The notes under the pieces are model-generated. The model saw nothing but the letters and a program-made list of their open reading frames with translations, searched no databases and was not told the DNA's origin. 64,000 nucleotides of DNA from contig OZ024751.1 in assembly GCA_964016885.1 (NCBI GenBank), positions 24,180,001-24,244,000 on the forward strand. The letters are read 5' to 3'. This document shows positions 44,900 to 59,430 of the stretch, piece after piece. The translations under genes and the position numbers were made by a program. Each line of letters opens with the position of its first letter. Position 1 is the stretch's first letter. Source of the stretch: Eledone cirrhosa. Its lineage: Eukaryota.

Positions 44900-44938
<39 letters not shown>

Positions 44939-45060
44939 AACGAGTAGGACCCCGACGGCTGAGCTCAAGCCGTTTCGACGGCTAATTCTGGACTGTGTCT
45001 AAATGTTTATAACTGATTTAGAGCAATCAACAAGTTACTGGAGTAAATATTCAATGATAA

Positions 45061-45120
45061 TTTTATCTGATGAAAGCGTACCAATGTTATCTTGGTACCC
45101 TTGAAATATATATAATAAAA
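45061..45120 (+). ncRNA. Minimal type-I hammerhead ribozyme (family D)
   Basis: TTTTAT-CTGATGA-AAGcGTACCAA-tgttatc-TTGGTACcCTT-GAAA-TATATA-T-A-ATAAAA. Confidence 0.85.
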
Positions 45121-45161
45121 TAAATATGGTTTTATAAATATAGTTTCCATTTATTTAATAT

Positions 45162-45261
<100 letters not shown>

Positions 45262-45692
45262 ATATTTATTTATATATATATACATGTGTGTGTGTGTACG
45301 ATTCAATAAAAATCAAAATATTGGAGGTTCGTGGGTAATATGCTGGCTGTACAGGATGGTAAATAAAGCAGTCATAAGGTGTAGGTAAATATCCAGGTTA
45401 GAAATACGAAGATTGCCGCGTAAGCCTGGAAAATATAGTTCCATGAGACAACAAACAGAGGTAGAAAAAGTCTAAAGACTTTTTGTACCTGTTTGCTGTC
45501 TCATTGAACTAGATATATACATAAACACATATATTGTATATATATATATAACGAAGGAAATGTGGTAAGGAACCAGATGGACCATAACGCACCAATACCA
45601 TAACACAGTCCAGAATTAGCCGTCGAAACGGCTTGAGTTCAGCCGTCGGAGTCCTACTCGTTCCTATTACCCTAAGTATTGAGTACTTTGGT

Positions 45693-46890
45693 GATTAAGT
45701 TGCCTAAAAATTGCTGAACACTTGAAGCTGTGCCACTCAATTTTAAATACGTTGTTAGCTTAACCAGATCACTGTTAAAATATGCTCAGTTTCTACGAAT
45801 TCAAATTACAACATCATTAATAAAGAAAGAGAGAGAAAAAAGAAAGAAAGAGAGAGAGAAAAAATAAAAAGGGAAAAAAATAAAAACAGAAAAAGTTATA
45901 TAGAAAAAAAGACTGAGAGAAAAGAAGAGAAAAAGAAGAGAAAAGGATAAAGAAAAAATATAAAAGATAAAGAAAGAAAAAGAAAAAGAAAGAGAAAAAC
46001 AACGATAACAATAAATGAATAAATGCTAATAAACAAGCTACATCGAGGATGATAAAAAACAATACAAATATGATAAAAAAATAAATAAAAAATGTTTATA
46101 TGTGAGAAGAAAAGTAAACATAGTATGATTATTGAGAGTAGTTATGGTGTTGGTGGTTAAAATATAGAGATATGATGGTATAAACATGAAAATGTTAAAT
46201 ATATTCATGTATGTATTAGTTACTTTAATAAATTAATTAAATAATTAATTAATTATTTAATCAATTAATTGTAAGTTATATTAGAAGTGAAAATAGTACG
46301 ATAAGATATAATGTAAGAGATGAAATAAATTTAGGGAAAGAAATAGAAAGATAGAAATGAGAGAAAATATAAAATATAAAAGGTTATGATGTTGACAATA
46401 ATAATAATTGTTTATACTTTTGGCACAAGGCCAGCAATTACCCAGTGCATTACTGGTACTTTATTTTATCGACCCCGTAAGGATAAAAGGCAAAGTTAAC
46501 CTCGGCGAGATTTGAACTCAGAATGGCAAGGGCCGTAACTCTATGCGTCAAAGCATGGCGTCCTACCCTCTACTAATACTGCCAACCCACCGCCATAATG
46601 ATAATAGGTTATTATAATAGATTCAAGTGGTACAATTTGAGTTATGGATTAGATGGGATGAATTAAGTTGGTCTAAAATTATCGAATTTGCTCGCCATTT
46701 TATGCCAAAAGAAAATAGTTCGATCAAAGTTTTATGCCAAAAGAAAATAGTTCGATAAATGTTAAGTAGCATTTTGTTGTATTTTAAAATATGGAATAAT
46801 TCCATATTACAAACTCCACGGTGGGACATCTCAATTCTGTAGGCCATTGCCGTTGACAACTTCACCCAGCTAATTCTATATTCCTGGTTT
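45693..46890 (-). mobile_element. 5'-truncated Penelope-like element (endonuclease C-terminus plus 3' region), interrupted by a family-1 SINE at 46403-46594
   Basis: NQEYRISWVKLSTAMAYRIEMSHRGVCNMELFHILKYNKMLLN..RTIFFWHK is homologous to the 49.7-kb fragment. 45695-45750 is homologous to 48648-48705. Confidence 0.7.
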
Positions 46891-47057
46891 GTATTATCCT
46901 TTTGTGTTATCCTTTCTACATATTGTATATATATACATATATATAAATACAATATGTAGAAAGGATAACACACGAGAGAGAGAGAGAGATAGAGATAGAG
47001 AGAGTGTGTTATCAATAGACAGGAAAACCACCAGTGTAGGAATCTATGACTCCACTA

Positions 47058-47133
<76 letters not shown>

Positions 47134-47820
47134 TATTTGTATCTGTGTTGGTGTATATTACAAAAATCTGGTGTGTACTGTGCTGTAACCGGTAACATTA
47201 TACTGTAACCGGTAACATGGTTCTGGACCTGTTACTGGGTCTGATTTCTGACATGCAAATGTGTCCTAATACAAACACTTTTGCCATGCTGATCAAATAT
47301 TGTAATATATGCAAAATCTATTTCGCTTTCACCACCAGGAACATTCCTGCATCTATATAAGATCCACAAAGTCACATCAAAACATCTTATGAATATAACA
47401 GCTTCTAGCGTTAAGGACTCATAGAACCTAGCATCATATTCTTGAAATACTGAGGATTAAGGAATAGATCAACATCTTCGCTTCTAAACAAATAAAACGA
47501 AAACGGAATTAATGTAAACTTGCTGTTAATTGGGTTGATTCTTTACTTTGAAATTGACTAAAAGCAAAACTGATATTTTATGAAATCAAATGAGTTTAAA
47601 CCTACTGATGAAACCTACTGATGAAAGCACACTTGGTTTTGAAATGTCTCATTGCAGGAAATATTTATTCATGGGATTATAATCCAATTACCAAGCTCAT
47701 ACCACAGACATGTGAAGGCAATCATACATATCACTCGCTCATATGCATTACACAAACACGACACAACCACGCAGCTACACAACCACACTCTCTTTCTCAC
47801 ATCCCCAAACATGGGGACAC

Positions 47821-47933
47821 AAGAAGAAGAAGAAGAAGAAGAAGAAGAAGAAGAAGAAGAAGAAGAAGAAGAAGAAGAAGAAGAAGAAGAAGAAGAAGAA
47901 GAAGAAGAAGAAGAAGAAGAAGAAGAAGAAGAA

Positions 47934-47983
<50 letters not shown>

Positions 47984-48022
47984 AGAAGAAGAAGAAGAAG
48001 AAGAAGAAGAAGAAGAAGAAGA
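47821..48022. repeat. (GAA)n(GAC)n(GAA)n microsatellite
   Basis: Direct reading. Confidence 0.95.
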
Positions 48023-48159
48023 AAACTTTTTTTTATTTTTCCCTTTGCCTGTTTGAAGAAGCAAGGAAGACCATTCGATATCGGCCGTTTGTTGTCAACT
48101 GAGTTTTCGCTATAACCTATGCAAATGCAAGTAATAAATATTTGCTCTATGGTTATCTA

Positions 48160-48214
<55 letters not shown>

Positions 48215-48217
48215 ATA

Positions 48218-48294
<77 letters not shown>

Positions 48295-48507
48295 TCCAGA
48301 AATAGTCGTCGAAACGGCTTGAGCTCTGCCGTCGGGGTTAAACTTTTTCCTATTACCCACTCTACTACCCTAAGTATTGAGTACTCTGGTGCGTTATCGT
48401 CCATCTGGTTCATTACCACACTTCCTTCGATATATATATATACATATATATATATATGTATATATATACACATATATATATTCATATATATATATACATG
48501 CATATAT

Positions 48508-48572
<65 letters not shown>

Positions 48573-48574
<2 letters not shown>

Positions 48575-49905
48575 TAAAAAAGTGACGAATAACATGGTCA
48601 ACAGTACAAACAAAGAGATTTATTTACAGTCTAACAATTGTTTCCATGATAAAGTTGTCTAGACATTGCTAAACATTGAAGACAGCATAACTCAATTTAA
48701 AATACATGCAACCTTCATCATTTCATCAGAAATTGAAAAGAAATACAAAATAAATGCGTAATGGTAAACTTATAAATTCAAATTACTATATCAATAATAG
48801 TATTGATGAAAAAGAAATAAAGGAAGGGGGACAGATGCAAAGGAGAGGAAAAAAAAGAAGAACGGCGAAAGAGAGAACGAAGATATAGTTAAATGTATAA
48901 CCGGCAAAGTTACGAAGTCAAACTATCACATCAAAATAAATATAATATTAATAATAAAGATACAGATAGAAAGAAAGAATGTTGTAAAGGCAGAGAAGAA
49001 AAAGAAGGAAGCATAAGAGAGAGGAGGAAGGGATAGAGGAAAATTAAGAAGGAGGAAGGAAACATGGAAGGATAATAATTATTGATGAATACGGGATAGG
49101 AAGGAGAAAAAAGGGAAGGTAAACAGACGGACGAATACACATTACTGCAGGGATGAAAGCAAATAAGAAATAGAGATTTAAGCAAAGAGATAAATAAATA
49201 AATAAATAAGTAAATAAATAAATGAAAAAATAAATAAATAAATGCATAAATAAAAGGATAGATAAATAGATAAATAAATAGATAGATGAATAAATAAACA
49301 ATTTACATCTATTGTTATATAAAATGGTATAATATATGAAACGTAGAGAATAAATAAATAAATAATAAATAATAAATAAATAAATAAATAAATGGATAAT
49401 TAAAACTAGCTAATTTGAGATGTATTACATGATAGGATAAAATGATCGAGATGAAAAAGGTTTAAGTGAAGAAATGCAAAGACAAATGGTGAAAGATGTA
49501 GGTGTATCAGATAATAAATGATGTAAATACAAATAAAATAAAAATAATGATGTAAATACAAATGTTCCTAGTTGTTCTTTGGTAATTATAAAGTTAGTGA
49601 TAATTTGATATCGTAATAGATACTAAAGGTATAAAAAGGGTTAAGGATATCGTAATAGATACTAAAGGTATAAAAATGGAGTTAAGCTGGTCTAAAGTTC
49701 AGGAATTTGGTTGCTGATTTGTGCCGGCAAAAGATAGTTCGTTCAATTCTACTGTTAAGAAGGGTTTTACTGAAATTAAGAATTTGGAAAAGCTCCATAT
49801 TACAGAGCCTACAATGGGACATACCAGTGTGATAGGCCTTAGCTTATGACAGTATTGACCAACTGATCTCGTATTCAATGCTTGCATTCCTGAGTTTATC
49901 GTACA
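48573..49905 (-). mobile_element. 5'-truncated Penelope-like element (Hydra-clade-like GIY-YIG C-terminus, long 3' region, terminal HHR) between (TA)n tracts
   Basis: ~49683-49897 minus translates KLRNASIEYEISWSILS*AKAYHTGMSHCRLCNMELFQILNFSKTLLNSRIERTIFCRHKSATKFLNFRPA*, with W-x-I, CxxC..E, LLN-x-RxE and CRH motifs of PLE endonuclease tails (recalled). Same-strand HHR at 48627-48735. Confidence 0.8.
48627..48735 (-). ncRNA. Type-I hammerhead ribozyme with long stem II at the 3' end of the PLE
   Basis: Reverse complement reads CAATTT-CTGATGA-aATGATGAAG...CTTTATCATg-GAAA-CAATTG-T-T-AGACTG. Confidence 0.65.
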
Positions 49906-49999
49906 TATATATATATTTATATATATTTATATATATACATACATAGGCATGTATGAGGAATTGTCTTGTACTGAATCCTGCATTATATATATATATATA

Positions 50000-50115
<116 letters not shown>

Positions 50116-50794
50116 AAGATGTTTGTATACGATTTTCATTTAGTCATGCTCTATCAGTTCTGACTTTATGAAAGAATATCTGACCTTTGCTGAAACATGT
50201 TCTCTTTCATCTACTGCTTCTACTTGAATTAGGAATCCTTTACAGAACTTATAATTATTATAATTGCTTTCCAACTGTATCATATAGTATTCCTCATATC
50301 TGAGACCTTTACATTCACAATATCGCGACATTCAATATTAACATCTATCCACTCGGCACTTTAAGTTTAATTCGTTGTCTATAAAAACCATAGGATATAA
50401 AACAAAACACATTAAGTTCTTGAAACTATAGCTGTCAATTATTTGACCCTTCTATTAAAGTCTAAATTTGTCTCGAACATGGAGGCTAGTACTGGGGTCA
50501 ATTCTTCTTCTATATCTCTTTCTCACATCTCTCTATCTTTTTATTCTTCTCTGCAAGAAATCTACTGTGATCAGACCTGGAGAGGAGATGGGCTCTGCCG
50601 GGCCTTAATTTCTCACGAAATGCCGTGAAACTACCGGAACACTTACGACTCCCCGAGAAGTTACATAGTAACGTAATTAAATTCGTGATTATTAAGATGT
50701 TTTGTTTTAATATAACTTAGTTTCTTACATAGAATTGTGGTGGAAGGATTTTGGATAAAGACAGACACATTAAAATAACCAGCTTCGTATTATA

Positions 50795-51008
50795 CAGGGT
50801 GACCACAAAATCACTCCTTAATTTCAAATACTTATAATATGAAAACTTAAATAAATATTCTTACAATATTGGTGGTTACAGTTGCATAAACTAATAAAGT
50901 TTCATGTGGTATTGGTTTACATCATAGACACTCGATGTGTGCTCCTATCGCTGCTCGGCAAACATCAATGTGATAATCAAGGCCGTAGTGTTTTTTGTGG
51001 TCACCCTG
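50795..51008 (-). mobile_element. Tc1/mariner-derived MITE (DD41D/DUF4817-like)
   Basis: TA-flanked TIRs cagggtgaccacaaaa. Minus strand retains LDYHIDVCRAAIGAHIECL*, a transposase C-terminus. Confidence 0.8.
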
Positions 51009-51562
51009 TAGATCCAAGTACAGTTCCAAATGGTTTTAAATATTTACCAATTAGGGCTTTATGCAATCTCTTGACCCGCAAGAGACAGCAGCTAAATATT
51101 CTTGAAATTTCACAACCAACCATCTTAAAAGAGCAAGTAGTTGGAATTGAAAAGTGTGTGTATGTGTGTGTGTCTTGAGGTAAATCTTTACAAAAATAGC
51201 TATCATTTCTACTGTCTCTGGCACACTAAGAGTATGTGTTCACAAGTTTGAAAATACACTCTTGACAGGTGCAATGTGTCCGAACACGGAATAGCCGAAC
51301 TCCCACCGTCACCGCCCCCGTCTCTCTCACCCTCCCCATCTCTCTGTATAGTGAGCAAATGAGGTCCCACGAACTGGCCGCCCCACAGCCCTGGCGGACA
51401 GAATAGAGAAGGCGTTTCCCCGAAGGATGGTATGGGCGATGCACTGGAAGAGCCATTCGATCTTAAAAAATGAAGGACATTTTAAATACTGTACGGCTTA
51501 CAGAAAAACACCAAACGATCATGACTGAGAATGCTTTTGCTCATCAGAGATCTGTTCTGTTA

Positions 51563-52248
51563 ATAATTGTTTTTACTTTTAGCACAAGGCCAGCAATTAT
51601 CCCAGTGCATTACTGGTACTTTATTTTATCAAACTCCGTCAGAATGAAAGGCAAAGTTAACCTCGGCGAGATTTGAACTCAGACCATAAAGGGCTGTAAC
51701 TTTTTCCTGCAAAGCATGGCGTCCGACCCTCTACCGATACTGCCAATCCACCTGTTCTGTGATTAATGGTTTCTTATATAGGCGCAAGGCCAGCAATTTT
51801 GGGGTAGGGAGAAGTCGATTAAATTGACACCAGTGCGTGACTAATACTTTATTTTATCAACCCCGTAAGGATGAAAGGCAAAGATAACCTCGGCGGGATT
51901 TGAACTCAGACCATAAAGCGCCGTAACTCTTTGCTGCAAAGCATGGCGTCCGACCCTTTACCGATACTGCCATTCCACCTGTTCTGTTAATAATGACCTG
52001 GGGTTAAACAACAACAACACTATCTTCATTTGTAAACATATTTTACTGATATTAAGGGCGGTGGATGGCAGTATCGGTAGAGGGTCTGACCCCATGCTTT
52101 GCAGCATAGAGTTATGGCCCTTGCCATTCTTAGTTCAAATCCCGCCGAGGTTAACTTTGCCTTTCATCCTTACGGGGTCGATAAAATAAAGTACCAGTAA
52201 TACACTGGGATAATTGCTGGCCTTGTGCCTAAAGTAGAAACAATTATT
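51563..52248. mobile_element. Cluster of three family-1 SINEs (51563-51751 -, 51766-51978 -, 52056-52248 +)
   Basis: Consensus match; TSD-like ctgttctgttaataat at ~51552 and ~51979. Confidence 0.9.
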
Positions 52249-52486
52249 TACTGATATTTTTCGTACGAAAGAAGACATTTTTCCATCCATCACCAATTCC
52301 AACTCACCTGTCACACTCCAACACACCTGTCCTCTCTATTGTCTTCCCTTTCTATCTCACTCTTGCTCTCCCTCTCACACTCGCTCTACTTCTCTCTCTC
52401 TCTCTCTCTCATGCTATCACTCTCTCTTTCCCTCTCCCACTCTCTGTCTCCATATATATATATATATATATATATATGGAGAGAGA

Positions 52487-52538
<52 letters not shown>

Positions 52539-52625
52539 CATACATATAGATCATTGTCCAACTCTTGTTTGTGTCGCAATACTAGTTATCAGTAACCACA
52601 CAGCACAGCCCCTCCTCTCAATCCA

Positions 52626-52770
<145 letters not shown>

Positions 52771-53637
52771 ACAATGTTTATAGTTCAAGAATAAACGAGG
52801 CAAACAAAGAGATGCGAAAAACACAAACTTACTCTCGGAGTAATCAATATAAACACCACGCCACACCACACCACACCACACCACACCACACTACACCACA
52901 CTACACCACACAACACCACACTACACCACACCACACCACACTACACCACACTAACCCACATCACACCTACCTCCCACATACACACACACACACACACACA
53001 CGCGCACAGCACACCATCCCACACCCCACACACCACGTTTGACCACACTGTTGCTTTGACTCACTGCTGACCTTTACAACAGATGTTTACTCAACCTCAT
53101 AACAAACACTCGTCCACCACCACCAACTCCCCCCACAACCACCACCACTTCCACCACCACCTCCACCACCAAAACCTCCATCACCACCATCAACGCTCCA
53201 CCACCACCACCAACAACACACGACCACCACCACTTCAGATATAACTTTCTGTTTTTCACTTTCACCATTAATTATATTGTTTATTCTTCTTTAGTTCCTT
53301 TCTATTGTTTTTATTCAGATGTTTTTGTTTGTTTGCTTTTAGATTTTTTTTTTGTTTTTATTTACATTGCAATTGTTTTTTTTTTTACTTCTTGCAAAAG
53401 AAAAACAACAATTAATGAACAACAATTAATTATAAATTTCTGACATAGCGGTTATAGGTCTGTTGTTCTTTATGGAAATACAGATGCCATCTTGTCCGTA
53501 GGGTGAAGCTGAGATATAATGTCCAGCTGAGTGAGGAAAGAGAGGTAGAGAGACTATCTTTTTATTTCTCTCTCACTCTCTTTCTATCTCTCTCTCGCTC
53601 TCTCTCTCTCCCTCTCTCTCCTCTATATTATGTATAG

Positions 53638-53680
<43 letters not shown>

Positions 53681-54575
53681 TAGATAGATATATATATATA
53701 TATATATATACTTATATATAATATATATATGTATATATATATATATATATATATACATCTATTTCGTTTCTGAATTTGTTTAGCAAGATACTTTATCTGA
53801 AAAGGTGTGTTGAAACCGATAGTGTTATACTTTGGGAGGGTCATGTTGCCAATAAGAAACACACGCACCAGACGTATCACTTCAATTGATTATAAATTAA
53901 ATTTATAAATTTAGGAATTTATAAATTTCCGGTTGGTTGGTTCCACAACCAGACGATTGTTCATATATTGTCAAAGTTCTTTCGTCACACATTCTGTGAC
54001 CTCTTCAGTGACTGGGGATTATTTTCTTTGTTTTTGTGCCTCTCCTTTGTTCTGTCCTACGCCATCTAGTTTTTGTGTGTGTTGTGTGCTTAGTTTGCGC
54101 ATGTGTTACATACGGGTGTCTGTGTGTGTTTATATTTGTTTATTTATTTCTTTATTTACATGTTACTGGTTGGTTGTTTGTTCTATGTGTGTGTGTGTTT
54201 TCATTTTGTCCTTAATTGTAAGTTGTGATGTTGCTATTCCATTCATGCTTTCTATTTAATTTTGGTTGGAGTTCATTTATGTTTATTGCCTCTGTGATTT
54301 GTCTAAACATTGCGTCTTTTCTATGTGTAGATTCTATTTTTATTTCTATGTTCTCTAATTTGCCCTTATGTTCTATTTATGTTGGTAGAGTACAGATGAT
54401 TCTTTTCTATCTTGAAGCTATCGCCAGTGTTCATTTAACCGTTCTCCTATACTACGAGCTGTCTCACCTATGTACACTATATTCTTATCTCTACATTGTC
54501 CTTCCGTACATCTTATGCTATATACTACATTTCTAGTTTTACAGATTAATGATTGATTACTCCTTCATTGCATTT

Positions 54576-54771
54576 ATTGGTAGGTGACGCGCGTTTCGCC
54601 ACTGATCAGCTCAAGGTTCGATCTGTATCGATCTAAGAAAATGAAAAAATTTGTTTCATTTTCTTATAACATTTTAAAGGGTCCGTCGAGCTGCCGATTA
54701 TTGAGTCGGGTAAGATCGATACAGATCGAACCTTGAGCTGATCAGTGTCGAAACGCGCGTCACCTACCAAT
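54576..54771. mobile_element. Inverted repeat (54576-54634 / 54713-54771) of a PLE-like terminus with degenerate hammerhead
   Basis: Stem II GATACaGATC/GATCaGTGTC, GAAA, palindromic ACGCGCGT and GUC site are present. The CUGANGA core is replaced by AAGATC. Confidence 0.6.
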
Positions 54772-54901
54772 CATGTGTCAACCTGCTGGCAAATATGACG
54801 CAAGTAATAGCGATTATATATGGTATGAATACTAAACTGAAAGGCCTAAATTCAAAAATTATTGGATCAGGATATATATATAAATATATATATATAAACA
54901 T

Positions 54902-54946
<45 letters not shown>

Positions 54947-54997
54947 TAAACATATATATATATATATATATACATATACACATATATAAACATATAC

Positions 54998-55047
<50 letters not shown>

Positions 55048-55442
55048 GTGTGTGTGTGTATAACGAAGGAAATGTGGTAAGGAACCAGATGGACCATAAC
55101 GCACCAGAGTACTCAATACTTAGGGTAGTAGAGTGGGTAATAGGAAAAAAGTATGCCCCCAACGGCAGAGCTCAAGCCGTTTCGATGGCTATTTCTGGAC
55201 TAGCAGTAGTCCAGAAATAGCCGTCGAAACGGCTTGAGCTCTGCCGTCGGGGTCTTACTTGTTCCTATTACCCACTCTACTACCCTAAGTATTGAGTACT
55301 TTGGTGCGTTATGGTCCACCTGGTTCCTTACCACATTTCCTTCGTTATATATATTTATATATATATACATTTACTCGTATATACATTTATATATACATGT
55401 ATATATACATATATATATACATACATATATATATATATACAT

Positions 55443-55504
<62 letters not shown>

Positions 55505-55610
55505 ATGTATATATATATATATGTATGTATATATGTATATGCGTGTGTATATGTATATATACATGTATATATAAATGTATATACGAGTAAATGTATATAT
55601 ATGTATATTC

Positions 55611-55641
<31 letters not shown>

Positions 55642-55703
55642 CATACATATCTACATATATACCTAGATACATACATACACACACACATACACACACAGAG
55701 ATG

Positions 55704-55747
<44 letters not shown>

Positions 55748-55793
55748 CATATCTACATATATACCTAGACACATACATACACACACACACACA

Positions 55794-55851
<58 letters not shown>

Positions 55852-56324
55852 TACATAAACACACATATATATATTCAACGTTGCGTCACGCTAAGCTAAC
55901 TAGAAAGAAAAAGACTCTAATACTGTTAAGATATGCTATGAATACTGAATTTCAAAAGACAAAATATAATCAACTAGAGGATAGAAAACAATCAATTCTC
56001 TTCAGATAACATTCGCCAAACGGACAATTTTCATCAATTATATCGAATAATTCAACCTACTGTTGACGTACTCTTAACTTATTATGCAATGGAGGACAGA
56101 GCTTATCATTCTCTCTTTCTCTCTCTACCCCTTGATCACTCTCACTCTCTCTCACATATAGTTTATCTCTTCTCTCGCTCCCTCTCTCCCTCTCTCTCAC
56201 TCTCTCTCCCGCTCTTAAAATAAATTACGTCAAAGGGTTTTGTTTTATATTGCTTCATTGACTGTAAATCCTACGCATTGATTTCTGTAGGGGATAAATA
56301 TATATGTGTGTGAGCGAGAAAGAG

Positions 56325-56392
<68 letters not shown>

Positions 56393-56548
56393 GATAAATA
56401 GGTTTACTGTATTGTTTTACGTTACCGGTTTTACGTTATATCTCTAAATAATCAATTATACTTGGTGCATTTCATCCATTTTAATTAGATTAATGTTGTT
56501 CAAGGAAGACATACTATCGTAAAGGACAAAGGATACACATACAAACAT

Positions 56549-56634
<86 letters not shown>

Positions 56635-56759
56635 ATATATGTATGTATATATATATATTTTGTTCCTGTCTAATATTTAACTACATATATATATATGTGT
56701 GCGTACGCGCGTATGTGTGTGTGTATCTGTGTGTGTGTGTCTATGTATATAGTTATTTA

Positions 56760-56833
<74 letters not shown>

Positions 56834-57242
56834 CGTGTGTGCTCTCTACTTTCGCGCCATTTTCATTATTATTTATTCCCCGTCCTATACCTGTTGCAGT
56901 AAATATAAAATCTGTGCTATTCCTACATGTTTATCTGTCGTTTGTCTTCCACCATATTGTCATTTTGTAACTTTTTATGGCTTTATAGCTGTATATATAT
57001 GTATATATATATATATATATATATAACGAAGGAAATGTGGTAAGGAACCAGATGGACCATAACGCACCAAAGTACTCAATATTTAGGGTAGTAGAGTGGG
57101 TAATAGGAACGAGTAGGACCCCGACGGCTGAGCTCAAGCCGTTTCGACGGCTAATTCTGGACTAAATGAAAAAAATGTTCATTTAGTCCAGAATTAGCCG
57201 TCGAAACGGTTTGAACTCAGCCGTCGGGGTCCTACTCGTTCC

Positions 57243-57281
<39 letters not shown>

Positions 57282-58318
57282 GTGCGTGTGTATGTGATTT
57301 GGATTCCCATACCAGATGGTACCGAGTGTCTTTGGGCAAGACACTTTATTTCACATTATTCCAGTCAACTCAAATGGCAAAAATGAGTTGTAAAATGTGA
57401 TCTATATTGAGACATTTTTAGATCTCAACACAATTGATTTCTTCCAGAGAAGAAGAGAAAAGGTGAGATTTAAAAATATATATAGGAGAAGAATTTACTG
57501 CAGTACTGGATTGGTACCTTTTTATTGACCCAAAAAAAATGAAAACTAAAATTATCTTCAGCAAGATTTGTTCTCAGATCCCAGAGAGACGAAACGAAGG
57601 GAAAACTGTAAAACAAAGTATTGTATTAGGCATTTTAATGACTTTTCCAGTCATATAAATCGAAATAATTGACATTAAGTTCAATATATTTTTTGTTTTG
57701 TTTTAATTAATATTAGATTGTGTAAGTCATTTCAATTTGCTTACACTAAATTTTAAAAATGTAGACATTTACTTTTCGATCAAACATTTAATTAAAAATT
57801 TGTTAATTTATTATTTGTAAATAAAAGATTAGCAACAATTTCCATAAAATAGATCGATCAAATTACACGAATTCTCCAGCCGAGAAAATACAAAGACAGG
57901 TTTAATTAATGGAGACTTCACCAGTGATGGCTGTGAAATAACAAGTACAATAATAAAAAAAGACAGATGTACTACAATCAAAGTTATCATCTCGGCTCTA
58001 TGAAATCAAGTTGGTTATCATACCTGAGTAATTGCAGGAATTTTGAATGTAAAACTCGTACTAATACAAATGAGCATCTGCAGCAGATGTTTTATATGGT
58101 AAAAAGTATAAAAACAATAGTTTATTTTCTTCCCTGATGATGATTAAGAAAACGTCCCTGATGATGATTAAAAAGTCCCGAAACACCTGTCAAGTGTTCT
58201 CACACGGCTACTAAGCTAGTATTGAAATTACCACAGCTAACAACCTTCATAGTGAACCATATATGTATATATTTATTATACAGAAATATATTATCGTACA
58301 CACCCTCATATACACCTC

Positions 58319-58427
<109 letters not shown>

Positions 58428-58595
58428 CCGTATTTCCCGGCGCCGAAGACGCTTCATCCTTCGGCTTCCAGGATGCACGGTAGTCACTTACTTATTCTCT
58501 CCAAAAACAACATGTCCGCTCTCTGTTGAATTTTACCGAGAATAAGTAAGCCACATTGTCGCTACTTTAAAACTCATAGCGAATGGTCTTTTAGA

Positions 58596-58944
58596 TCATA
58601 ACTATAATAAAGGGAGGAGTGCGGGACTGCGCCCAGAATATATTTTTTTACCCCGTTTGTAAAATAAGTTGGATTACTTTGAATAAATAATGAATGAATA
58701 TTACATAATTTATCTACTAAATTTCGTTATTCTTAATTAAATATAGATAATTTTGTTATTTTAAGATTCACTTCTTTAAAATCTTCAAATGTCAACACTT
58801 CCGGTTAGCGATCGCTTAAATAAACATTTATATCTCTCTGTCACTAATTTTCTCCCAATGCAGTTTATATATAATATCGTCTTTTTTTAATGTATCATGG
58901 ATTACGTTACTGATTACATTAGACAGTGTAACACAGTCTTCGTT
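58596..58944 (+). mobile_element. Non-autonomous Helitron, 3'-incomplete copy
   Basis: A|TC start. Homologous in inverted orientation to 61414-61761. Runs into a (TG)n-ttggcata minisatellite. Confidence 0.65.
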
Positions 58945-59315
58945 GGCATATGTGTCTGTATGTATGTGTGTGTGTGTGTGTGTGTGTTGGCATATGAGTA
59001 TGTGTGTGTGTGTGTTGGCATATGTGTGTGTATGTGGTGTGTGTGCGTGTTGGCATATGTGTATGTGTGTGTGTGTGTGTGTGTTGGCATATGTGTCTGT
59101 ATGTGTGTGTCTTGGCATGTGTGTATGTGTTGGCATATATATGTGTGTGTGTATTGGCATATGTGTGTGTGTGTGTGTGTGTTGGCATATGTGTATGTGT
59201 ATATGTGTGTGTGTGTGTGTTGGCATATGTGTGTATGTGTGTGTGTTGGCATATAGGTCTGTATGTGTGTATATGTGTGTGTGTGTTGGCATATGTGTGT
59301 ATATATGTGTGTGTG
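58943..59315. repeat. (TG)n-based minisatellite punctuated by ttggcata
   Basis: About 11 units of variable length. Confidence 0.9.
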
Positions 59316-59430
59316 GGTAGCTACTTTTATGTGTTGATAACAAAAAACAGCTAAAAAGTTGCCATTGATGTGTATTACAACCTACAATTAATGTTATCAT
59401 TATTTTAGATCTAATGTGGGTGGTTCTGAA

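Noticed and set aside
47621-48115. Poly-Arg/Glu/Lys ORFs
   Set aside because: (GAA)n(GAC)n microsatellite.
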